Part shown: positions 1-11,674 of the stretch, one piece after another
Position numbering within the stretch: position 1 is the stretch's first letter
How the letters are laid out: each line of letters begins with the position of its first letter
Source: Antedon mediterranea
Lineage: Eukaryota; Animalia; Echinodermata
NCBI RefSeq assembly: GCF_964355755.1
Contig: NC_092674.1
Location: forward strand, 31,000,001 to 31,064,000
Direction: 5' to 3'
Length of the DNA: 64,000 nucleotides
Program-made: the position numbers and the translations under genes
Notes under the pieces: model-generated
The model's input: only the letters and a program-made list of their open reading frames with translations
The model's database searches: none
What the model was told of the DNA's origin: nothing

Positions 1-112
1 GGTGCTTACCAAATATGGTGCTTACCAAATATATGGTGCTTACCAAATATGGTGCTTACCTAATATGGTGCTTACCTAATATGGTGCTTACCTAATATAG
101 TGCTTACCTAAT
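1..112. repeat. 16-bp minisatellite (GGTGCTTACCWAATAT) built from the CORO7 splice donor
   Basis: About 7 units visible; the minus-strand unit reads (A/T)G|GTAAGCAC. Confidence 0.9.
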
Positions 113-3100
113 AAGTAAAATGTAGGTTCATCCAAGGAATCCTCCAGACCACCTTTTGGTAAATCAAAAACATTAATTCTGCAGTTTTCACCGGCAACCA
201 CGAGTCGGCAGTTATTGAATGGATCCCAACGGAAGTCTTGAATCATGCTTTTGTTGTGCACTGCAGGAATCTCACTTTCTGGTTGTCTTCCAGGCTTGTC
301 AAGCTGTATGAAATATAACACAAATCACTTCAGATTCTGCACAGTACTTCCTTTCATCACACAAAATTGACAATTCTGGGATCAAGCCCTGTTTTAATGG
401 CTCCTATGGCATTATTTTTAACTGTTTCACTGTTTAAGAACCTAAATTCCTGTATATCAATGAAAAAAAAATGGTACTCACCTCAAATACACCAATCTGA
501 CCACCAGGTCCAGCAAAGGGAACAGCAGCCCTTGCAATATTGGCATGAAACCCATCACATTCACCGAAAATGATGTTACCCATATTACGAATGTTTGTAA
601 TGTATGTTGAAGCATGCCGATGTGAACCTTTCGCATGCCGGAACTTTGAAGACTTCGCTGCTACAAATGTCTTGCCGGACGATTTCCTAACCATGCCTGA
701 TTCGCCACTAGCTGCTGCACCTTGAAGATTTGGCTTGTTGTCTGGGACGACTGAATTAGGTGTTAAGTTTTGATTTACAGGTGGTTTGTTTGCAGGAATA
801 GATGGATTTGTTTCAGGTGCTGAAGAACTTTCACTCTAAAATTAATATTTATTCATATATAAATCTTGTATCTGTATAATTAACAAAATAAAACAACAAA
901 CGTTAAATCATTATGAAACTACAAACCTTTACGTCTACTGATGTTGAATCGGATCCACCTTGTGTCTTTGTACTTTTAATCACTGATTGACGTTTAGAAG
1001 GATCCAATGAAATTTTAGCAACCTGTATATAGAAATAGAGTAATTATTACAGTTCTAAATATTAGTATATATATATATATATAGTATTTTGTGTACATAG
1101 CATCCAAGAAAGTGATTGATACAGTGAGTGAGAACAACATTTACTTACTTCTTTGTTCTGGCCATCAAACCATTCATCTACTGTCATGGCCGACACGTTT
1201 CCAGGTGTGTCTGGGAAAAGTTCACTTGCAAATTCTCGATGTGACTAAAAATAAAAAACACCAAAATCAGAATAAAAAAACAAATTACGAATTTGTTTAA
1301 TTATAATATAGTATACGTATTCTATGATAAATATCAAGTAAAAACTAACCCTACGAGGGACTTCGTATGATAATGGTAGAATTGCATTCTGGGTAAGCTG
1401 CAGTAGACGATTGACTTCACAAGATATGACATTTAGCGCCCTCTTTGGTACCATTGCAATACCTCTTTGCTGAGCAGTTCCCATGTAGGTGGCATCTATT
1501 TGTTGGAACAAGAAAAGCAATTATACAAAGCATTTAATTAACAATATTATACTACATTAAATATTTTATAAAGCGTCAAAGTTTAAGTTACAAAATGTCT
1601 GATTATACATACTGCTTGTAAGGTAAGGCTGTTTATCTGTTACTTCCATGTACAATACTGTAGTTGCACCCTGTAAAACACAACAACAATCTCATCTTGT
1701 ATACAATGTAATGACATAATGATAAATACATTATTAAAAGAGAAAATAGTTTAATATCTCTAACAAAGTAGTCATTTGAAAGTACCAAAAAAATAAATTT
1801 CAAACTTAGAGGCTGCTCAAAAGCACATGCAACTAAATAAATCAATTCTGTTCTTTATAAACAATAATTATTGAATAATAATAATTATAACAAATTACCT
1901 TAGAAGCAACAAATAACATCTTGGTGTCAGGATCATAAAAAGGCATAAGTGCACTGGAAAAACAAAACAAACATTATTAAAAGGCATAAGTGCACTGGAA
2001 AAACAAAACAAACATTATTATATTATTATTGTTTCTCTCACAACTTTATCTTAGTATTTGTATTTCCAGTATCAACTGGTATTTAATGATGAAAGTGCTT
2101 ATTCTGTCTATCAATATGATTTTATACACTATACTGTACCTTGTAGCAGTTCCTAGGCTTTGACTCGCCAGACTGCAACCTAAATTCCGTGGATCCCAGA
2201 TGCATAGTTCACTTTGTCTTCCCTGAGTGGAAAAGAAAATTTAATTTAGTAAATTATAAATTCAAATCTAATTAATGAATCTACTATTTCTGGCTGGCTT
2301 ACACAACACAAAACAATTTTTGACCAAAAAAATAACAGAGAAAATTGGAATAAAATGGTGAAAAGCGTCATGTCGCAAAACGACGTAACTCATGATCTGA
2401 CTGGCTGTCTAATAAATAAACGTATTTCAATAAAGATTAGTTACATACCGCATCAAAACCACTGGACAACAGAAGATCTTCATTGCCAAGCCAACAGACC
2501 TTGGAATCTTTATGGTTGTTATGTCCACCAGTTACCTATAATACAAAATTAAAAACAAATATGTAAAAAACAAAGAATAACTCAACAATTTAAAACCATA
2601 TAATTGATTCCTAAATGCTGCAAGAAATATTGAAAACCATACTGCAATGGAATACTAGATGAGTGATTCTTTACCGGTGGGCTGTTGCTAGGGTTTCTAG
2701 GATCCCAAATCTTGATTGTCTTATCTTTGCTGGTAGATGCCAGAAGGGAGCCATCTTGTTTCCAGCTAATGCCAAGAAGCTGATCATTGTGTGCTTCCCA
2801 TGCTTCATTAAACAAACATAAAAATACAGTTAATAATAAATAATATTTATTGGTTACTCTCCTTTAAAATGGAGGAACACTCTTGTAACAAAAGGTTTGA
2901 CACATACAAAATATACACATAGTTAAAATATAAATACAGATACAAAATGTATAATATTATGAACCTTTTTTTAGCGATAATGAAGGAAGTATTGAAATAT
3001 TTTTGCTACAAAATCAATGTTTTACCAAGTTTTTCCTGTCCAGTTGAAACATCCCAAATCTGTATTGATTTAAACACAGTAGAAGCCAGAATATTTTCAG

Positions 3101-4175
3101 CAGCAGGGTGGAAGAGAACTGTTTCTATTCGCCTTTCTTGCATTGGTAGTGTAAGGAAAGCATTGGTTATATCTTCTGTCAAGCCACCCTCTGGTAGATC
3201 CCAAAGTTTAATCTGAGGAGAAAACAAACATTGGTTTTGGTATACACATAGAAATATAGGATTAAAGTACATCTTTTGAACAGTATATAATGATATTGAG
3301 AAATGGGGATTATGAGAAATATTTACAGTAGTCTAGAGCTATCAATGCTTGGTTGTTACAAACAGCATAATAATTTTGTTTTGCCAATTAATACTATATC
3401 GCCTGATGGTGGCAGTGTAGTACTAAGCACTTACTGAACAATCTTGAGAACAGGTAGCCAGTAGGTAATCATTGAACGGTGAGAAGTCCATGTCAGTGAC
3501 CAAGTCCGAGTGAGCTTTAAGGCACGGCAAATCATTATTGCTACGACCACAGAAGTCAATGGGAAGTATGCAAATATTACAACCAGCTAAAAGAGAAAAA
3601 CATTAAAAACAAATTAAAATTATATAATTGTATGAAATTTTATCAGAATTAGAAGAAACCTAAATTTACAAATTGAATTGTTGTTTCTTACCTCCACCAC
3701 TGACATTAAAAGCCATGAGGGCGCCACTTGCTTTTATTTGGTTGCCACACGACTGGAATGCACCAATTTTGAGGTCCGAAATACAATTCTGCAGAAGAAA
3801 AGAAGAATTAAATTTATGTTACAAGTCTAGCCTAAAACAATTTGAGGGAGATCTCCACTTGTTACTCAAAATAAAATTTTGGCAAGTATGGTAGGGCTAC
3901 TTGCTTCATTTGTTTACAAAGAAAAAATCGGTTCATTAATAACTTCTCAAAAAAAATACAAATTTGTATATTTATGGGCCAAAATATCAACATAAGCCCT
4001 CTGTGGTAATATTTTGCCAAATACTTCACTCAGTTTCTGAGTGCTTTCATTTTATGGTTTGTGTGTGGGGAAGCCTTTCTTGCAAACTTGCTAAAACAAA
4101 GTACAGGTCGTTCACCTCTTTCTTTGGTTGCTTTGCTTGTGCATTCTTGTACTTTGATGTCTTGAATCGATTCAT
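108..4175 (-). CDS. CORO7: Coronin-7 (tandem WD40 beta-propeller coronin), 5' part; gene continues beyond window start
   Basis: Reconstructed GT-AG exons with consistent phases: 4175-4116, 3788-3692, 3586-3435, 3212-3026, 2802-2675, 2535-2449, 2222-2140, 1953-1899, 1670-1613, 1495-1350, 1244-1149, 1022-927, 835-482, 303-108. Protein MNRFKTSKYKNA..., AHSDLVTDMDFSPFND, FHPAAENILAS, LMPFYDPDT, ELFPDT, then a second coronin start SKFRHAKG and DFRWDPFNN, diagnostic of the tandem coronin-7/POD-1 class. Confidence 0.95.
1938..2019. repeat. 41-bp tandem duplication spanning a CORO7 splice acceptor
   Basis: AAAAGGCATAAGTGCACTGGAAAAACAAAACAAACATTATT twice, period 41. Confidence 0.9.
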
Positions 4176-4686
4176 GGTGTATTTTAAATCTTTCTCTTGA
4201 TCATTGAATCTGTAATAGTAAATACAAATATAAAATCTATATTAAAGAATTCAATAAAGTAAAGAGATCATGTGGATTGTGGGTAAATTGGGTCTTGCAG
4301 TAATTGAAATTACTAGTCCAACACAACAAGAAGTCTCTAAAAAATATTTCCACTAAGGGACCTTCATTCAGTACTACTACTACTAGGCTAGCTAGCTAAC
4401 GTAGTATTGCATTTTGAAATGCTATTAATGTCTCACAGTGTAGAAACGCATTAGTTCAAACAAATTATGCACCCAGACAAGCATACACCTATTACTATAT
4501 TTAGTACTATTAATGACAATATGCTGACTGCAGCTGCAGCATGCATGTGACAATGCCAGACACAGTACACAGTGGCAGTGCCTCCTCCTACTCTACCTAC
4601 AGCCACAGACAGTACACATTCAACAGCTGTGTGACTTACAATATCAAGTTTATTTCTAAGAATTGTGAGAATATATGCTGACTTAC

Positions 4687-4800
4687 AGGTAAATTAAGCA
4701 GTTACTTAGCAATTCAAAACAACCGATCAGCTGGCAAAAGATTTGACAGTTTAAATAATAAACACACCACTTTTATAAACACAAAAAGTTCTTGAAAAGA
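4687..4800 (-). other. CORO7: Probable non-coding first exon (5' UTR) of CORO7
   Basis: Minus-strand GTAAGT donor at 4686-4681 (alternative at 4639-4634) and TTACAG acceptor at 4215-4210 just upstream of the CORO7 ATG; upstream boundary (TSS) is estimated. Confidence 0.5.
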
Positions 4801-4902
4801 TAAACACGGAAGTAGGTACCGCCCTCTTTTTCTTGACACGACGCCGGTGTTTGTGGAGGTCAATGGTTGGGAAGTCAAGCGTGAAAAATGAAAATGGCAG
4901 CC
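4700..4902. promoter_or_regulatory. Compact bidirectional promoter shared by CORO7 and DNAJA3
   Basis: Locally CpG-richer segment between divergent genes; ETS/GABP-like ACGGAAGT at 4806-4813; YY1-like AAAATGGCAGCC at 4891-4902 overlapping the DNAJA3 start codon. Confidence 0.65.
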
Positions 4903-7900
4903 ACGAGGGTTGCATGGAGAAATTTGCAAAAAGTTTCTCGATCAAAATGTACACTTTCATCAGAGGAATTGGCAACTAACGTTGTCTGTAAACGTTATTT
5001 AAAAACATTTCCAAATTATACAAATAGCATTTTATTAAATCGACTTTCTAATGTTGCAATATATAAAGGATTACTGTGTAAGTTTTAAAAACATGATTGA
5101 TCAGGACACGCTAAGGCCTAGCCTAGCTAGCTAGTACTAGGCCTAGGCCTGTAGCCTAGCCACTCTCTCTCTCCCCGCAGTAGGCATCTACCATAATAGC
5201 TAGGACTATTATAACCTAAGCCCTGCCAGGCCTAGATAGATTAGGCCTATAAACTAAGCTTAGGCCCTGGCTCAGGTTAGTTCTACACTAATTTTTAGTA
5301 GCTAGCTAGGCCTAGGCCTACTAGTAGTAATACAACAAGAACAGACATGCCTATTTATAAATAAAGTATAATTTATTTGTAATTAATATGCCAAAACAAA
5401 TGTCCATCTAGGCCTAGGCCCTCTAGTATCTGCATTACGGTCGCTGGGTAAATTGGCCATGATGATTGATTTTATTATGATTTATGATATCGGTTGCATT
5501 TATTTTGGTTGCGATAAAATCAATTTCCTTTGAAGTGTCCCCTACCTATTACTACTACTATGATGCATAATATATGCTTTTTTGAAATTTTTTTTTTTAA
5601 TAATTGTATATAATATATATAAGTATTCTACAGTGAATTAAATGATAATTTTGTGTTTTACAGCACCAAGTAGTTCATATCACCTAATAGATCGGAATTT
5701 TCACACTTCACAACATTTAGAATCAAAAGATTATTACAGAATCCTTGGTGTGCCAAAAAACGCATCAACGAAGGAAATCAAGAAAGCGTATTATGAGGTT
5801 CGTAAGACTAGGATCAGATGTTAGCATTGGAATGACACTTATCAATTTGATTGCAGACGACTATAACTACTAAACATTGAGCACTAATACTCTTTTCACA
5901 TCTGCAAAATGTAACAGGAGATCAAACCTGGCAGGGGCAGATTTAGGGGTCCGGCCCCCCCTTTTGTAATATATATATTATTGTTCCATTTACATACGAT
6001 TTTATCAACGATTTTACAGGAAAGGGGGTACAAATCAACATTAAAAATCGTTAAAATCAATTTTTTTTCAAGTTGAACAGAGTTCAACTTCAACGTTACG
6101 ATCGGTAAAACTGACTGACCAATCAAATAGTTCATAAATTACGTCATCATTGTTTGTGACAATTCTTATTTTTTACAACGCGACAATGTTTTTTGTACTC
6201 TTTTAAAAAAGTCTGATATTTCAAAATAACAAGTGTAAGTAAAACTAAATTTTAATATAAAAACAATTAAATTTAATGTTATCTTTAGTGTAAAGACTAT
6301 ATTAAGATATCAGCGAAAACATGTCCTAGGCCGGCTGGGTTGAAGCATTAAAACCTGTAACTTTTTCAATTTTCACACGGGCCCGGCTGCACGTGACCGG
6401 CCTTGGCTTTGCAAAACTTCACATCCATGTGTCCCAGCAACGTCGAAAGAACCAAGAAAAAAACGATCGGGTAAAAAATATGTAAAAATTTGCGACGGAA
6501 AAACATGCTTTAGGCGCAAAAAAAACAGTTCCGTATATTAAATATAGTCTATAAAACCCACTATATTCAGATATAAAACCCACTATATTCAGATAATTCT
6601 ATGAGAAGAATCGAATGGCCTAAACGCCTCAGATGCTATCTCTGGGGGTCAGGGAAAATAATTTTCCCATATCGGTCCCCTCTTTATCAAAATCCTAGAT
6701 CCGCCCCTGCCTGGTTACACCTTGTTGCAAGTTGGAACAATTTATGCAGGTGTGAAAAGGGCATAAAAGCATCCAATACTATACACTACACTTATCCCCA
6801 AAACATTGCCACCCAAACCGCTAAATTCCATAATTTGAATGACCACATGAGATCTCCCACTAGTTGCAATTTCTGCTGATTGCTTTGAATGACCACATGA
6901 GATCTCCCATTAGTTGCAATTTCTGCTGATTGCTTTGGATTATATCCTGAAAGTTATCATTTACTCTACTAGGTCCAAACACTAAAAGTATAAATTGATC
7001 AATTGATTTTATTTCATTCACTTTATTTGAAACAGTCTAGGAAAAAAAACAAGCATACATTTACAATAAGTTAAAAGGTAACAATAATAGGACCTGTTTC
7101 AGGGATCGGAAATAGAAGTAAAAGAACTTGTCTAATACCAACCCACTAAACAGAAAAAAGACAAACAAACTGCTGCATGACATATCATTTGCTAATAATA
7201 AATAATAATTTGTCAATGATTTATATAGCTTGCCAAGAAGTACCACCCTGATAAGAACAAAGGAGACCAGAGTGCATCTACAAAGTTTGCAGAAGTAGCT
7301 GAAGCATATGAGGTATGAATTAATTTTGAGATCTTGTAAAACTTAAGCCTTGTCTACACTATCAAACTTTATGTGAAAACAAAATGTGGTTTTCCCATGG
7401 ACATAATGATGTCACATCACTACCATATTTGAGCATATCACTACCATATTTGGGCATCACATCACACTTTTTTGTCAAACTAGTTTGATAGTGTAGACAG
7501 CTTTGTAGTTGAAACATTGTGTAATATTTATTTTTTTATATTCTCACTGCATTAATGACAGTAAAACAAACTGATCTGATAACATTTTTCTTTGCACAGA
7601 TATTAGGAGATAAATTAAAGAGACAGGAATATGATACCATGGGGACGACAGGATTTGGAGGAGCAGGAGGCGCCGGTGGTGGATTCCAAGGCTGGCAGCA
7701 AGCTGGTACCATAGACCCAGAGGAATTATTTCGTACAGTGTTTGGTGGCAAAGGTGGCTTTAATAATATCTTTGAGGGAGCTGGTTTTGGTGGTGGCATG
7801 GACAACACAAGAGAGGTGAGATGCAAAAACATTATAGATTGTATTTACCAACTTGGATGTTATTGATCTGAGACATGAATGAAGAGACATGAATGAGGAA

Positions 7901-10900
7901 ACATAGGTGGAAAATGGCAAAAGGCTTCCTACTTTCTAGGAGTTTTTTCAGATAATCTATGTTGTTTTGAACAATTCTTGTAACATGACCACAGTGCTGA
8001 TTTTGCAAAACTGATTTATAAAAAAATCCATAGTGTCTAGACAAACTGTGTAGTAGTTTTAAGTTTGATGGGAAAATACAGTATCACAGGCATAACCACT
8101 AAAGTTTTAAGTAAGTTAGCTTTATATTTGATCATTACATGAAAAATGAAAGACTTACGAAATACAGAGTACATACAGCATAGCCTCTGTTGACTTAATT
8201 GATTAATGACACATGTTTAAGTAACTTAGCTTTATCACATTTACCATCATTAGTATTCACTTCTTGTTTTGATCTTTGTCTACTTAAGTACATGATGGAT
8301 TTGACGTTTAGTGAGGCAGCCCGAGGTGTCAACAAAGACATGGAAATTGTCATAGATGATACATGTCCACGATGTCATGGGGCAAAAGCTGAACCGGGGA
8401 CAAAGACGTCGCAGTGTCATCGCTGTCAGGGATCCGGCATGGTATGTTTGTGTGGATTATGAACTAGTTTGCTCAGGGACAGGGTAATCATCTCTCACAG
8501 CCATGTGGTTAGGAGTTTAAATCCACAGCCATTTATTTGATTTGTGTTATAATGTGAATAATCATTTCAGCTGTTATGTATAAATTTGTATTACATATTC
8601 TTACAAAGACTTCAGCCTAATTATTAAAAATAGAAAGTACTTAAAGTTAAATTTGTTATTTTATTTAGGAAACAATCAACACAGGTCCATTTATGATGCG
8701 TTCTACATGTCGGCAGTGCAGAGGTCAAGGTTCAATCATCAGTGTTCCTTGTATTATGTGTAAAGCGACAGGCCAGACAATGCAACGCAAGAAAGTAGTT
8801 GTTCCCATACCAGCAGGTATGATAAACCAAATAAAGTTATATTTTTTGTAAAACTATACTTTTAGAAATCAAGGATTAATTTTTTTTTTACATAATGTAT
8901 TAAACCTGACATATTAAACATAATTAATTCTAGTGGTGCCTGTATCCTCTCTGGGCTGGCGGGATTTCGCTGTATTGCCTTTGTGGGTTCTCCTGAACAG
9001 ACGTCCTTGTAGTTGGTTTTTGTTCTCTCTTGTACCTTTTACAATAAATATTCTTGCTTATTATAGGAGGTATCAATTTCTTTAAATTTCATATTTTACA
9101 GGTGTGGAAAATGGTCAAACTGTTAGGTTACCTGTGGGTAGTCGCGAAGTGTTCATCACATTTCGTGTCGCTCGTAGCAGTACATTTAGAAGAGATGGAG
9201 CAGACGTGCATTCGGATGTCGCGGTGACGTACACACAAGCATCTCTAGGGGGCAGTCTCCGTATAAAAGGAATATATGATAGTATTCACTTAAATGTAAG
9301 TACTATTGAATGTACTACTCATTTTATTGCCAGATTTAGTTCCTCTTCCAAAATAATTAGGGTACACTTTCAGGAGTGAACAATGGGCCCTCTTGATAAG
9401 GTGTCCACTGAGGGGTGGGGGGGGGGGGGTGGCTATACCCTTGATAGAAACTAATAAATGTTGAATTATTATTATTATTAATAAAGGATATATTGCCACA
9501 GTCAGGTCACAGGAAAGTTCCTTTTTGATAGTGGTGACCCAAAGAGGAGTTCTAATGTATCTATATAAATTATTATATTGTGGAAATTTAAGATTAAATC
9601 TTGCATTTTATTCATACAGATACCAGCTGGCACACAGTCACATGCTAGGATACGATTACCAGGCAAGGGAATTCAACGTGTAAATGGCTACGGCAATGGG
9701 GACCACTTTGTACATGTGAAAATCAAAGTACCCACGTAAGTACACTTGCTCAGAAAGGGGGCTTTTGTATTTAAATGTCCTACCAAATATTATCATTATC
9801 ATTACCTATGATTTAGTTGAACAAGTTTACAAACGTCATAGCACATCATATTCAACTTATTCACTCATTAGATGCTTGTCTAGATTTCAGTATTTTCAAC
9901 TAAAATAACAATCCTTCAAAATAGACACTAGAAAAAAAATTAGTGTGTATTTTCACTTAGGTAGAACGAAAAGCACAAGGGCGACTTGTTTATGATATTG
10001 AGGATGTTTAAAAACATTCTTAGCCTTATGTCTGTAAAAAAGATTTTTGCAACAGAAACAAAAGGAATAGAAAATAAACTGAATGGTTTCATCAGGTCAA
10101 TGACCTGTATCAATATTTTTATTATCGGTTGAAATCTGTTAAATCGAGCAATTTTTTTGGAAGTTAGCAGCTGATATTTTTCTTAAACCTGAAGATGGAC
10201 AAGTAGTCGCCCATTAGTGTAAGTCCATCTTTTAAAAAATTAGTTTGTTTATCAAAATGATGATTTAACTGGAATTATTTTAAATTACTAGTTAATAAAG
10301 TGCATTCCAGATTGGTTTTGCCTTGGTTAATTAATTAATTTATTTGTTATTGCAATTGGTCAGAATTTCTCAAGTGGTTTTTGTGTCCAATTAGAGTAGA
10401 TTGAGATTACTCTGCTAGAATAGAACGCATTATTATAATTGGTATTTTTAAACATAGAATTTATTCCATTATCATAATTGATAATTTGACATTAGAATAT
10501 CGTCCATTAATGTAAGTGATAGCTGTGTATGTAGAGTCTAGTATCTTTAGTTATTCTTAGATATAAAGAATTAGAATTATGCCTTTTTAACTTGGGTGTA
10601 GTCCACGTTTACAGTCATGTACAGTTATAATTTGTATAAATTGCCAGATTTTGCCAAATTATTATTATTAGTTTGAGAATTCCTTGTAATCTTTTAGAAC
10701 CTTTCACAGAATGTTATTTTTAAGTTTGTTATTTTTCTTAATGATTGACAGAACACTTACTGATAAACAACAAGGGCTTTTACTTTCCTTGGCTGAACAG
10801 GAGGAGGATGTTGTAGGAACCGTAAATGGTGTCAGCCAAACACAAAGTGGTAAGTATGCTTGACTTTATGACCTTTGACCGCATTCTAAAGGAAGATAAA

Positions 10901-11674
10901 TGTTCGAATTGAAAAATTGGGAAAATCCAAAATCAAATCGTTGAAATGTGTATAAATTTACTTAAAATTGACAAATTTTAGAAAATGTTTAAATGTTTGA
11001 AAAAAATGAATTTACAGGGCACACCTCTGAAGATGTTCATTTCGATGAAGAAGAAGAGGTTGAAAAAAAGCCTGGATTTTTGGAGAGGTTGGCCAACAGG
11101 GTATTTGGACGAAATTGATTTGAGGTAGGCTAGCTTGGCCCTTAGTTACCAAATTCATTGTACAGTAATTTGCCTACCTGAAGAATCTCATGTCCATTAT
11201 TAGTTGGCCAATCTCATAACATACACTGATATCATTTTAACCAGGGGTTTACCAGCAACTTTCTCTAAATATGTTTTATGACCTCACACACATCCTCCTA
11301 AACATTTTTTCATATATTCTCGTTTTTATTGCATAGGTAAAAGAATTGCAGTTGATGATGCAAGCGGAATAGTTCATGGTATACGCTACATCTTAGATAA
11401 CCCAAACCCTACCAGTACAGATCCACAAGACAACCCTACCAGTACAGATCCACAAGACAACCCTACCAGTAGAGATCCACATGACAACACTATCAGTAGA
11501 GATCCACATGACAACACTATCAGTAAAGACACCATAGAAACATCCTCCAATACAGATGATACACCTAGTGATGAGGGAAACAAAGGGGCAGATGAGGGCA
11601 ACAAAGGGGCAAAGAAAGTGGCAGATGACATCCAAGACCAAGAAGATGACACTAAACAAGAGGATAGAACCTGA
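4888..11674 (+). CDS. DNAJA3: DnaJ homolog subfamily A member 3 (Tid1), mitochondrial Hsp40
   Basis: Exons 4888(or 4894)-5077, 5664-5797, 7229-7312, 7600-7815, 8289-8441, 8669-8816, 9102-9295, 9620-9735, 10752-10849, then 11018-11118(stop) or 11337-11674(stop); all GT-AG with matching phases. Basic N-terminal presequence-like leader, J-domain (DYYRILGV...[14 protein letters not shown]), G/F region with IDPEELF, four CxxC zinc-finger motifs, C-terminal domain ending [12 protein letters not shown], typical of DNAJA3. Confidence 0.96.
5932..6709. mobile_element. Non-autonomous hAT-like TIR element in DNAJA3 intron 2
   Basis: TIRs CAGGGGCAGATTTAGG / CCTAGATCCGCCCCTG, flanked by direct repeat CCTGG (5927-5931, 6710-6714). 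Confidence 0.7.
6834..6938. repeat. ~50-bp tandem duplication
   Basis: TTTGAATGACCACATGAGATCTCCCAYTAGTTGCAATTTCTGCTGATTGC twice. Confidence 0.85.
7346..7502. mobile_element. Palindromic MITE, PIF/Harbinger-like family (copy 1)
   Basis: TIR AGCTCTGTCTACACTATCAAAC...GTTTGATAGTGTAGACAGAGCT (slightly diverged here), internal 21-bp ATATCACTACCATATTTGGGC repeats, TTA/TAA flanks. Confidence 0.8.
11018..11118 (+). CDS. DNAJA3: DNAJA3 alternative cassette exon (Tid1-L-like tail [33 protein letters not shown])
   Basis: TTTACAG acceptor, phase 1 matches upstream exon, stop TGA 11116-11118, donor GAG|GTAGGC at 11124/11125; acidic run plus GFLxxL resembles human long-isoform tail EDEEGFLSKLKKMF. Confidence 0.8.
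11337..11674 (+). CDS. DNAJA3: DNAJA3 terminal exon (GKR-starting tail, extended to ~111 aa, acidic)
   Basis: Pyrimidine tract plus TAG acceptor, phase 1, open frame [32 protein letters not shown]...KQEDRT*; includes 27-nt (9-aa) tandem repeats at 11405-11525. Confidence 0.75.

Noticed and set aside
9955-10225. Weak inverted repeat GGGCGAC...GTCGCCC in DNAJA3 intron 8
   Set aside because: Too degenerate to define termini or a TSD.
11386-11659. Minus-strand 88-aa ORFs
   Set aside because: Antisense shadows of the repetitive DNAJA3 terminal exon.
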